32,944 nt of DNA, taken from positions 1 through 32,944 of the forward strand of contig CAJXFN010000001.1 in NCBI GenBank assembly GCA_913052655.1, given 5' to 3'. Positions 1 to 8,616 of this stretch are shown in pieces. Numbering within the stretch: position 1 is the stretch's first letter; each line of letters opens with the position of its first letter. The position numbers were made by a program, and so were the translations under genes. The notes under the pieces are model-generated. The model worked only from the letters and a program-made list of their open reading frames with translations, was not told where the DNA came from and did not search any database. The DNA is from an uncultured Flavobacteriales bacterium. GTDB taxonomy: Bacteria > Bacteroidota > Bacteroidia > Flavobacteriales > BACL11.

Positions 1-3000
1 ACTTACATGTTAATGGTGAGAATACTCCGAATCCTCCAATATTAGAGAACGAAGATCCTGGTACATTCTCTCTGTACTGTAATCTCACGAATGAATACGT
101 AGATACAGTATCCCAACAGAATGTTGTCTTTGTAGTATTGTCTGGAGTTGCAGTAACATTTATTACATTATCACACTCAGGTGCTGTTGTAAATGTTCCT
201 CCACCATGCCAGTTAACTGTAGATGCGTTACAGTACCAAATCTTAAAGTCATACTCATACTGAGTATTTGGTGTTAAGTTTAGTACTAACTTAGAAGTAT
301 TTGTAGTATTACATCCACTTCCTACTGGTACACCCATTGTCTTTGTTGAATAAGAATTAGTTCCTACTTCTCTATATCTAAATCTTACTTGGTCAACTTG
401 ACAAGTTGATGAATTCATATCATCCCAGTTAAATACAGCTCTATCGTGGATAATATTATCTACAAAGATACCTGTAATGTTTCCACAAGTAGCAGGGTAT
501 TGACATGAACCATCATCTACAGTAGCGTTAGGATCATAGTTTGTAGCTGTAGGATCTGTACAACCTGAAACTGGAGTCACACATGTTCCACAAGTTCCAT
601 AAGTATTTGTAACATCTCCTGAACCTACCGCCCATAATCTATTAGCATATGACCAGTAGTCTGTAATTGGTGTACAAGACCAGTCTCCAGATGCTGTATT
701 AGCAGCAACTAAGTCTTCCTGAACACCATCTACAACTAACAAGTATTCCATATCAGCTGTCGGTGCTGGATTAAATGTAAATGTCCAAGTACCGTTACCG
801 TTATCTACCGCTACTGGTCCTCCATTAGGATCCCAGTTCCACCATGGACCTGTCATCCTTACAGAACTAGCACTAGTACATACTGTTGTTGTTACATTTA
901 ACACACTAGCGTACACGCAAGAACCATCATCTAGGTTTGCATTTGCGTCATAGTTAGTAGCTGTTGGATCTGTACATCCTAAGAATATACAAGAACCATC
1001 ATCTGTATTAGCCGCAGGGTAGTAGTTAGCAGCAGTTGGGTCTGTACAACCATATAAGAATGGCTCACAAGTTCCATCATCTACGTTAGCATTAGGATCG
1101 TAGTTGAATGCAGTTGAGTCAGTACATCCGTAAACTGGCAATACACAAGAACCATCATCAGTATTTGCTAATGGGTCATAGTTTAATGCAGTTGAGTCAG
1201 TACATCCGTAAATTGCACAACCAGCTCCAATTTGAACAGTAGTATAAGAACCAGCAGTAGCTCCTGATAATGAACCAAAATCAAAAGAGATTTCAGAATC
1301 ATACGAACCACCACCAACAGTTACATCATAACAACCGTCAGCTAAACATAAAGTATCAGAGAATGAAGAACCAGAAGTCATACCTCCTGAAGCAACAACT
1401 AAACCGTTTGCATCAGTAATAGTATAAGTACCTCCGTTCCATCCATCACCCCATGAGTCATATCCAGTAAATACAACAACATTATCAGTACAAGGATACG
1501 TACATGAACCATCATCTACTGTAGCAGCAGGATCATAGTTAGTAGCTGTTGAATCTGTACAACCTGTTATAGCACAAGAAGCACCTATTCCCCAATCATC
1601 TGAACCAGCCGCTCCAGATGGTAATCCACCTGAACCAATTGTTCCAGAAGCATCAGAAATAGTATATGTACCTCCGTTCCATCCATCACCCCATGAGTCA
1701 TACATGTTGAATGTATAACAGTCATCAGGTAAACAAGCTGATACAGAATAAGTACTGAATGAACCGTATCCAGAACCTGAAGCTACAACAGATCCACTTG
1801 AATTAGTTAAGTCCCAAGAAATTTCAGAACCATAGCTAGAAGTGTTAATTGTAATTGTAACATCATTTTCTAAACAAGGGTACACACATGAACCGTCATC
1901 AATAGTAGCTGTAGGGTCATAGTTAGTAGCTGTTGAATCAGTACAACCAGAAACAGCACAAGTTGCTCCACCAATAGAAATATTAGTGTATGTTCCAACA
2001 CCTGCTCCAACTAATGAACCAAAGTCAAATGAAACTTCAGAAGTCCAAGAACCACCACCTACAGTAATGTCATAACATCCAGTTGGTAAACATAAAGTAT
2101 CTGAATCATAAGATCCAGAAAGTAAACCACCTGTTGCAACAACAGCACCATTAGCATCAGTAATTGAGTAAGTACTTCCATTCCATCCGTCTCCATATGA
2201 ATCATACATATTTAGAGCTACTTCATTGTCCGCACATGGATAGATACATGATCCATCATCAGTGTTTGCACAATCATCATAGTTAGATGCAGCTGTATCA
2301 GTACATCCTAAAGTAGTTCCAACTGTAAAGTCAAATGAAGCTGTTGAACCTGTAGGTAATGTACCAACTGTATAAGCAGTTCCTAAAGCATCTGCTAAAG
2401 TTACAGAACCTAATTGTCCAGTAGACCATCCGTCTCCATATGAGTCATAAACATTTAATACATAACATCCATCAGTTAAACATAAAGAATCTGATAAAGT
2501 GTTGTATCCTAATGCATAAGGACCTCCTGAAGCAACAACAGCTCCTGAAGCATCAGTTACATCCCAAGTCATTTCAGACCCGTAGTAATCTGTAACTACA
2601 GTAACATAAACAGAATTATCAGTACATGAGTATAAACATGAACCATCATCTGTGTTAGCGTTAGCATCATAGTTTACAGCTAAAGGATCAGTACATCCAT
2701 AGATAGGACACGCTACAGTTGTTCCAATTTGAACATCAGTAGGACCAAATGGTGCACCACCACTAGCTAATAAAGTTCCTGTTGCATTATCATATAATTC
2801 CCAAGAAACTTCAGATTGCCATGAACCTCCATTACAAGAAACAGAGTAACATCCATCAGAAATACAGAAATATGCAGTATCCTGTGAACCAGCACCTAAA
2901 GTAGCAGTCTCGGTTCCAATTGTGAATACATTACCATTCCATCCATCACCGAATGAATCATACATTACAAGCATTAAGTCATTTGCAGTACAACCAGCAC

Positions 3001-6000
3001 ATGAACCATCATCAGCAGTAGCTGCTGGATTATAGTTTGCATATGCAGGATCTGTACATCCATAAGTAACAGACGTAATATTGATATTATCAACCCATAC
3101 AAAGTCTCCATACGCACCACTACTATAATTTGAATTATATTTACAAGCAGTTTGTATTTCTACGTAAACATTTGATTGACCTCCATAAGCAGATAAATCA
3201 TAAGTAAGAGTTGTTAAAGACTCCTCACCGTGCCATGACACACCATTAACATCAGAAAGAACTGTTCCGTTTACTAATACTCTCATTGTTGAATAAGCAG
3301 TACCTGATAATCCCGGCGCAGTATTTGTGAATCCAGATTGTGTCATATAGTCTAAAGTAAGTGCAACAGATCCAGAAACTCCAGATAAGTCCATACACTT
3401 AGCAGCAGACTGTACGTGTGAAGTATTTGCAAAGGCAGCAGCTTCAGTTGTATAAGCTGTCCATCCTGCAAATCCATCTCCTCCAGTCATTTGAATAGAA
3501 TTAGTTCCATTCATACTAGTAGAGATAGTAGTATAAGATCCTGGATATGTAGAAGTTGCTGATGCTTGAGTAGTATCAGATACTATCCAACCATTAGAAC
3601 CAAATGAATATCCAGAAGTTGTATCCCATGTTGCACTTGACCAGTCTTCAGTAAATGAAGGAACATCACAAATAGTTGTTGAACTAAATGTACAAGAACC
3701 ATCATCAATTGAAGCGTTTGGATCATAGTTTGTTGCAAATGGATGAGTACAACCATCATATAAACAAGAACCATCATCTAAAGAAGCAGCAGGGTTATAG
3801 TTAACCGCAGCTGTATCAGTACATCCTGTAATAGCATCAACGAAACTAGCTAAATCAATACACATATCTGAAGTGTAAGAAGTACCAGTATTTGAAGTTA
3901 TCTTAACATTTACAGATTGTCCAGCGTAAGCCGAAAGATCTACTAGTAAGTTAAACCACTCAGGACCTTGATCTCCAGAAACAGTTGTTTCTAAGTTCCA
4001 AGTAGCTCCATTGTCGTTAGAAACTAATATGTCTAGTGATCCCATAGAAGCTCCATACATATTAACCCAAGCACTAAAGAATGGATTAGTAAGTGCTGAA
4101 ATATCCACACAATGAGATGTCATAGATACATCGTTTCCATAGTTACCAGAAGTTTCAACATACATATAGTATGCACCATCGTATGCGTAACCAGTTCCTA
4201 GATAGTTTGTTGAATAGTTTGGTCCAGTATTAACAGAACCAGTACCTGAAGCATCCCAAATCCAGTCTCCATAAATTGAACTTCCACCAGAGTTATCATC
4301 CGTATTGTTAGTCCAATCAGATGGGTTTAATCCAATTTGAGCTATTCCATCCTCAAAAGATGTAGAGTATGTTAAAGCGTCAAAACAAGGATATAAACAA
4401 GAACCATCATCAAATGTAGCTGTAGAATCATAGTTCTGTGCTGTTGGATCAGTACAACCCATGTTATACATACAAGAACCATCATCAGTGTTTGCTAATG
4501 AATCGTAATTGTTTGCAATAGGATCAGTACAACCAAAGATTTGTGGGAAACATAATGTTCCAGTGTAAGGAGCTCCACCAGATAGTACAATTGTACCATT
4601 GATATCAACTACTTCCCATGAAACTTCAGCTTGCCATGAACCTCCACCAACATCAACTGTATAACAGTCATCTGCTAAACAAAGTGATGCAGTTCCAGCT
4701 GAACCACCAAGTAAAGTTTGTGAAACTAACATCGCACCCGCTGAATTAGTCATAGTAAGAGTATTACCATTCCATCCATCACCGAATGAATCATACATGT
4801 TCAATGTTAAGAAATTATCAGTACAGTATGCACATGATCCATCATCAATTGTTGCTGAAGCATCGTAATTGATAGCAGTTGAATCAGTACATCCTGAAAT
4901 ACATACAGCTCCTCCAATTGAGATTCCGTATGATCCAGAAGATGCAGCGTTTGGTGCAGCATATCCTAGAGTATCTCCATTTGCATCAGTTGCTAATATA
5001 TATCCTTGAGTTCCGTTGAAGTCAGTCCAACCATCTCCCCAAGAATCATACCAGTTAATGATGTAACATCCAGTGTTAGCACAAATTTGGTAGTTGTAAG
5101 TTGTAGATGAAGCAGCGTATCCACCAACAGGAACTCCAGCCATTGTATCACCAGTAGCCACGTTTATTAATTCCCATCCAGCTTCTGCACCGTATAAATC
5201 AGTAAATACTTCAATATTTATTTCATCATCAAAACCATAGTATGCACAGCTATAAGTACAAGAGCTATCATCCAAGTTTGCAGTTGGATCAAAGTTTGTA
5301 GCTAAAGAGTCAGTACAACCAGGGTATGTACAAGAACCATCATCAGTGTTAGCTAATGGATCAAAGTTAGATGCGTTAGGATCAGTACAACCGTTAACTA
5401 CATTTGCAGCAACGAATCCACTCCACGTTGAAGTACATCCATTACAATCAGTTATAGTTACAGCAATTGGACCCATACCTAAATTTGATACATCCTGAGT
5501 TGTAGCTCCATTTGACCAAGCGTAAGTATAAGAACCTCCACTAGTATGTAATAATACAGAAGGATCATATGATGTAGTACCACCTAAATACGCAGCTCCA
5601 CCAAATGCAGGTCCATTAGCACATATTTCACCAGTACTTACTGATAAATTACCATCAGTAGCATGTGTATTTACAAATGGTGCTGAAGCACCTAAAGTAA
5701 AGTAATGTGTTACAGGAGTATGAATAGCTATACCAACAACATCTCCAGGTAGTACAGCGATTGCTGACATTAAAGGAATATAAATTGGATCACCACTAAT
5801 AGTAGCAGGATTTGGTATAGTTGTATTCAATGTCCATCCATTTGAACTTGTAGTATTTCCAGAAGCAGAACCACTTCTTGTCCAAACTTCTATATTACCA
5901 GCTCCAACATATACTCCTTTTTGAGTAATTCCAGTGATACCTACAGCACTTGAAGATGCAGAAATATCAAAGTAATTCGTTGTTCCAGTAGCAGCAGCGG

Positions 6001-8422
6001 AATAAATATATTCCGTAGTTCCATCCCATGAATCTAGTGTATCAGCAGCTCCATTGAAGCATGGTGATCCACCGTTTACAGATAAAGAAACGGCACCATC
6101 AGTATTTATTGGAGAAGTTGCATCTACAACAACAGCAGTAGCTGTAATTGCAGTAGGTTCACCAATTGTAACATTAACTGAAGCAGAACATCCATTTACA
6201 GAATCAGATACTGTACAAGTGTAAGTACCTGCAGTTAATCCAGAAACTGAACTTGAAGTTCCAACAACAGTTCCAGCAGCATCAGTCCATGAGTATACAT
6301 CAGATCCATTTGAATTTACTACAGTTGCAGAAGCCATTCCATCAGCACCTCCATTACAAGAAGCGTCAAATGCATAATCCTCAGCAATACCATAATAAGT
6401 ACATGGAGTTACATTAAATACATTAATATCATCAAGAACTACGTAATTTCCAAATCCTCCAGTAGAGAAACCAGGTCCATACTTACATGAAGCCTCAAAC
6501 TTAATATATACCTGAGACTGACCTGCAAATGCAGATAAATCATAAGTATATGTGTTAACACCAGGATTTACAGTTGTATTGTTAAATACACCAGCTCCAG
6601 AGACAACTTCAGTTAACTGAGTTCCATTAGCAAATACTCTAAACCAAGTATAAGCTGAACCATAGTATGATTGTAAGTCAGCATCAAACGTCATATTAAC
6701 GATTGAAGAAGAATTACTCATATCAATACATACTTGAGAACTTGATACGTAATTAGCGTAGTTTAGTCCAAAGGCATCAGCTTCAGTTAATGGAGTAGCA
6801 CCCCAAGAAACATCACCTCCAGTATGAACTAAAGATACAGTATCAGAAATAACATTTGAAGTACTTAATACAACATCAGACTGTGTACCAGTCAATGTAG
6901 TCCACCCGTTCCCAGCTAGGTTTGCAGCTTCAAAATTATCAGAGAAATCTAATGCATTACACACTGGATATATACATAATGTACTATCATTTACATTACA
7001 TGTTGCACAGTAGTTAGTTGCATTAGGATCCATACAACCAGTGTATAGACATGATCCGTCATCAATAGACGCAGCAGCATTATAATTGTCTGCAAATGGA
7101 TCAGTACATCCAGTTGTTGGTGCTTCCATAAACTGTAGTAAATCTACAGCCATATCAGAAGTATAAGAAGTTCCTGTTAGAGCTTGAACTCTTACTGAAA
7201 CTTGTCCTGTATAACCAGATAAAGAAACAACTGCTTGATTCCAAACATCTCCCTGGTTTCCTGAAAGTGTCCATTCATTTGTCCACGTAGCACCACCATC
7301 TGTAGAAACATCTACATTAACAGTACCCATAGTTGCTCCATACATATGATAAGCAAAAACAAATGCTGGATTAGTCCAAGTACTTAAATCAACACAATCA
7401 ACAGTTATGTCAGCAGTAGAGTTACTACCAGCACCAGAAGTTTCTGTGTAGATATAATATAATCCATCAAACGCAGCAGATGGACCAGTTGAACCTGAAG
7501 TTGTTGTTCCAGTGTTTATAGTCCAATCTACAGTGTTTGTTGATGCATTTGCCCAAGCTCCTAATGAACTAGCTTCAAAACTCTCAGTAGTGTCACTAGC
7601 AATACAAGGGTAAGTACAAGAACCATCATCAACCGTAGCTAATGGATCATAATTTGACGCATTTACGTCAGTACATCCGAATACTGCAGGTAAACAAAAA
7701 GCAGGAGAAGCTCCAGTGTAAGGAGAACCTCCGGAAGCTAATATGTTTCCAGTAGCATCGTCAGTTAGTGTCCAAGATACTTCACTAGCAAAAGATCCAC
7801 CACCACAAGTGATTGAATAACAATCATCTGGAAGTGTACCATAATCATATCCTAGTGAACCTGTTGCTAAAGTTGAAGTCATTACAGCGATACCAGCAGA
7901 ATTTGTTAATACAAAAGTATTTCCATTCCACCCATCACCCCATGAGTCAACCATTGTTAATGTTACAGAAGTAGATGAAGCATATGTACAACTTCCGTCA
8001 TCAACAATTGCATTAGCGTCGTAGTTAGTAGCGTTAGGATCAGTACATCCTAAAGGCCCCCAACAAACAACATCTGTACCATAAGAGCCACCTGTTAGAC
8101 CTCCAGTAGCATAGATCTGCCCTGAAGCAGAATCTGTAATACTGTAAGTTCCTCCATTCCAACCATCACCATATGAATCATACATATTCATATTGTAACA
8201 ACCGTCAGGCGCTGTAATAGTCGTAACAGATGTAGCATAGTTACCGTAACCACTTCCAGAGGCTAAAATTGCTCCAGAACCATCAGTAAGATCCCAAGAA
8301 ACTTCAGACCCCCAATTAGCGGTGTTTACAGTGATGTTTACAGTAGTAGCAAAAGCGGTGGACACCGTAAAAGCTAATGCTGTAACTACAGAAAACATCA
8401 ATTTACTAAATTTGTTTTTCAT
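1..8422 (-). CDS. Giant secreted multidomain cell-surface protein, 3'-truncated by the window edge (>2807 aa); probable T9SS cargo/adhesin
   Basis: Absent from the ORF track, presumably because no stop lies inside the window. Manual translation of the minus frame with codons 8420-8422, 8417-8419 ... 2-4. The ATG at 8420-8422 is the first ATG after an in-frame TAA 18 nt upstream. N-terminus MKNKFSKLMFSVVTALAFTVSTAFA|TTVNITV is a signal peptide (8348-8422). No TAA/TAG/TGA in 2807 codons. Approximate domain map: 9 DS[YWF]GDGW modules (motifs near 8160, 7935, 5035, 4775, 2950, 2435, 2195, 1695, 1455); 21 GCTDxxAxNYDxxAxxDDGSC linkers; canonical MAM domains at 7130-7585 and 3842-4363; divergent jelly-roll/MAM-like domains at 6405-6960 and 3068-3650; SprB-like repeats at 5400-6360; an unknown domain at 560-880 (VRMTGPWWNWDPNGGP...); an FN3-like tail at 2-480 ending ...NIGGFGVFSPLTCK, which aligns with ...NIGGSGVFSPLLCKQKNGL of the 1593-aa neighbour. 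That alignment implies roughly 125 more residues, including a CTD, beyond the edge. Confidence 0.9.
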   Translation of the reverse strand, partial: MKNKFSKLMFSVVTALAFTVSTAFATTVNITVNTANWGSEVSWDLTDGSGAILASGSGYGNYATSVTTITAPDGCYNMNMYDSYGDGWNGGTYSITDSASGQIYATGGLTGGSYGTDVVCWGPLGCTDPNATNYDANAIVDDGSCTYASSTSVTLTMVDSWGDGWNGNTFVLTNSAGIAVMTSTLATGSLGYDYGTLPDDCYSITCGGGSFASEVSWTLTDDATGNILASGGSPYTGASPAFCLPAVFGCTDVNASNYDPLATVDDGSCTYPCIASDTTESFEASSLGAWANASTNTVDWTINTGTTTSGSTGPSAAFDGLYYIYTETSGAGSNSTADITVDCVDLSTWTNPAFVFAYHMYGATMGTVNVDVSTDGGATWTNEWTLSGNQGDVWNQAVVSLSGYTGQVSVRVQALTGTSYTSDMAVDLLQFMEAPTTGCTDPFADNYNAAASIDDGSCLYTGCMDPNATNYCATCNVNDSTLCIYPVCNALDFSDNFEAANLAGNGWTTLTGTQSDVVLSTSNVISDTVSLVHTGGDVSWGATPLTEADAFGLNYANYVSSSQVCIDMSNSSSIVNMTFDADLQSYYGSAYTWFRVFANGTQLTEVVSGAGVFNNTTVNPGVNTYTYDLSAFAGQSQVYIKFEASCKYGPGFSTGGFGNYVVLDDINVFNVTPCTYYGIAEDYAFDASCNGGADGMASATVVNSNGSDVYSWTDAAGTVVGTSSSVSGLTAGTYTCTVSDSVNGCSASVNVTIGEPTAITATAVVVDATSPINTDGAVSLSVNGGSPCFNGAADTLDSWDGTTEYIYSAAATGTTNYFDISASSSAVGITGITQKGVYVGAGNIEVWTRSGSASGNTTSSNGWTLNTTIPNPATISGDPIYIPLMSAIAVLPGDVVGIAIHTPVTHYFTLGASAPFVNTHATDGNLSVSTGEICANGPAFGGAAYLGGTTSYDPSVLLHTSGGSYTYAWSNGATTQDVSNLGMGPIAVTITDCNGCTSTWSGFVAANVVNGCTDPNASNFDPLANTDDGSCTYPGCTDSLATNFDPTANLDDSSCTYSCAYYGFDDEINIEVFTDLYGAEAGWELINVATGDTMAGVPVGGYAASSTTYNYQICANTGCYIINWYDSWGDGWTDFNGTQGYILATDANGDTLGYAAPNAASSGSYGISIGGAVCISGCTDSTAINYDASATIDDGSCAYCTDNFLTLNMYDSFGDGWNGNTLTMTNSAGAMLVSQTLLGGSAGTASLCLADDCYTVDVGGGSWQAEVSWEVVDINGTIVLSGGAPYTGTLCFPQIFGCTDPIANNYDSLANTDDGSCMYNMGCTDPTAQNYDSTATFDDGSCLYPCFDALTYSTSFEDGIAQIGLNPSDWTNNTDDNSGGSSIYGDWIWDASGTGSVNTGPNYSTNYLGTGYAYDGAYYMYVETSGNYGNDVSMTSHCVDISALTNPFFSAWVNMYGASMGSLDILVSNDNGATWNLETTVSGDQGPEWFNLLVDLSAYAGQSVNVKITSNTGTSYTSDMCIDLASFVDAITGCTDTAAVNYNPAASLDDGSCLYDGCTHPFATNYDPNASIDDGSCTFSSTTICDVPSFTEDWSSATWDTTSGYSFGSNGWIVSDTTQASATSTYPGSYTTISTSMNGTNSIQMTGGDGFAGWTAYTTEAAAFANTSHVQSAAKCMDLSGVSGSVALTLDYMTQSGFTNTAPGLSGTAYSTMRVLVNGTVLSDVNGVSWHGEESLTTLTYDLSAYGGQSNVYVEIQTACKYNSNYSSGAYGDFVWVDNINITSVTYGCTDPAYANYNPAATADDGSCAGCTANDLMLVMYDSFGDGWNGNVFTIGTETATLGAGSQDTAYFCISDGCYSVSCNGGSWQSEVSWELYDNATGTLLASGGAPFGPTDVQIGTTVACPIYGCTDPLAVNYDANANTDDGSCLYSCTDNSVYVTVVTDYYGSEMTWDVTDASGAVVASGGPYALGYNTLSDSLCLTDGCYVLNVYDSYGDGWSTGQLGSVTLADALGTAYTVGTLPTGSTASFDFTVGTTLGCTDTAASNYDDCANTDDGSCIYPCADNEVALNMYDSYGDGWNGSTYSITDANGAVVATGGLLSGSYDSDTLCLPTGCYDITVGGGSWTSEVSFDFGSLVGAGVGTYTNISIGGATCAVSGCTDSTATNYDPTATIDDGSCVYPCLENDVTITINTSSYGSEISWDLTNSSGSVVASGSGYGSFSTYSVSACLPDDCYTFNMYDSWGDGWNGGTYTISDASGTIGSGGLPSGAAGSDDWGIGASCAITGCTDSTATNYDPAATVDDGSCTYPCTDNVVVFTGYDSWGDGWNGGTYTITDANGLVVASGGMTSGSSFSDTLCLADGCYDVTVGGGSYDSEISFDFGSLSGATAGSYTTVQIGAGCAIYGCTDSTALNYDPLANTDDGSCVLPVYGCTDSTAFNYDPNANVDDGTCEPFLYGCTDPTAANYYPAANTDDGSCIFLGCTDPTATNYDANANLDDGSCVYASVLNVTTTVCTSASSVRMTGPWWNWDPNGGPVAVDNGNGTWTFTFNPAPTADMEYLLVVDGVQEDLVAANTASGDWSCTPITDYWSYANRLWAVGSGDVTNTYGTCGTCVTPVSGCTDPTATNYDPNATVDDGSCQYPATCGNITGIFVDNIIHDRAVFNWDDMNSSTCQVDQVRFRYREVGTNSYSTKTMGVPVGSGCNTTNTSKLVLNLTPNTQYEYDFKIWYCNASTVNWHGGGTFTTAPECDNVINVTATPDNTTKTTFCWDTVSTYSFVRLQYRENVPGSSFSNIGGFGVFSPLTCK
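911..1207 (-). repeat. Four back-to-back copies of the 23-25 aa Cys-bracketed GCTD...DDGSC linker (coding)
   Basis: Translation GCTDSTALNYDPLANTDDGSCVLPVY GCTDSTAFNYDPNANVDDGTCEPFLY GCTDPTAANYYPAANTDDGSCIFL GCTDPTATNYDANANLDDGSCVY. The roughly 75-nt periodicity is visible in the DNA. Confidence 0.9.
3842..4363 (-). other. MAM domain (second canonical copy) inside the giant ORF
   Basis: Translation TSFEDGIAQIGLNPSDWTNN...NTGPNYS...GAYYMYVETSGNYG...FFSAWVNMYGASMGSLDILVSNDNGATWNLETTVSGDQGPEWFNLLVDLS...GTSYTSDMCIDLASF. It has the same landmarks as the first copy. Confidence 0.75.
7130..7585 (-). other. MAM domain (first canonical copy) inside the giant ORF
   Basis: Translation ESFEASSLGAWANASTNTVDWTINTG..TGPSAAFDGLYYIYTETSGAG...AFVFAYHMYGATMGTVNVDVSTDGGATWTNEWTLSGNQGDVWNQAVVSL...GTSYTSDMAVDLLQF. 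It matches MAM consensus landmarks: FE..W, TGP, Y.Y.E.S, F.YHMYG..MGT..V, G.QG..W, SD.A.D. Confidence 0.75.
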
Positions 8423-8462
8423 AATACAAGTTATTAGTTAATAAATAAGGTTAATTATATAT

Positions 8463-8491
8463 AAAAAAACCCTTACGCTGGGACGTATGGG
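8463..8491 (-). terminator. Intrinsic-terminator-like hairpin plus U7 tract, 41 nt upstream of the giant ORF start
   Basis: Minus-strand RNA is CCCAUACG-UCCCAG-CGUAAGGG followed by UUUUUUUAU. The stem is 8 bp with one A/A mismatch and three closing G-C pairs; the loop is 6 nt. On the plus strand it reads aaaaaaa-cccttacgctgggacgtatggg. It could end the 1593-aa gene transcript or a small RNA, or act as an attenuator for the giant gene. Confidence 0.45.
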
Positions 8492-8517
8492 CCTATTTAT
8501 CGATATTGTATACGGAG

Positions 8518-8550
8518 CTGAGGAACACGTGTGACACGTATTCGATTCAG
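8518..8550 (-). promoter_or_regulatory. 33-nt extended hairpin / imperfect palindrome in the GC-rich intergenic island
   Basis: Minus-strand RNA is CUGA-AUC-GAAUACGU-GUCAC-ACGUGUUC-C-UCAG. It forms a 4-bp outer stem, a 3/1 internal loop and an 8-bp inner stem. The one DNA-level arm mismatch becomes a G-U wobble only in the minus-strand transcript. The core DNA palindrome is GAACACGTGT-g-ACACGTATTC at 8523-8543. Confidence 0.4.
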
Positions 8551-8616
8551 TTTTCCATACCTGATAATTGTAAAAATTTACCATATAAACTCTTTATTTG
8601 CAAAAAAATCAGACTT

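Noticed and set aside
3583-3777. 64-aa ORF listed in the track (MMVLVYMMVV...)
   Set aside because: It lies in a different minus-strand frame inside the 8.4-kb open frame. Its Met/Val/Leu/His-rich sequence is the out-of-frame reading of DDGSC linker DNA, so it is a shadow ORF.
8523-8543. 21-bp imperfect palindrome GAACACGTGT-g-ACACGTATTC as a dimeric transcription-factor operator
   Set aside because: This is not excluded. I favour an RNA hairpin because the single arm mismatch becomes a G-U pair only in the minus-strand transcript, and flanking CUGA/UCAG extend the stem. It is reported under the leader finding instead.
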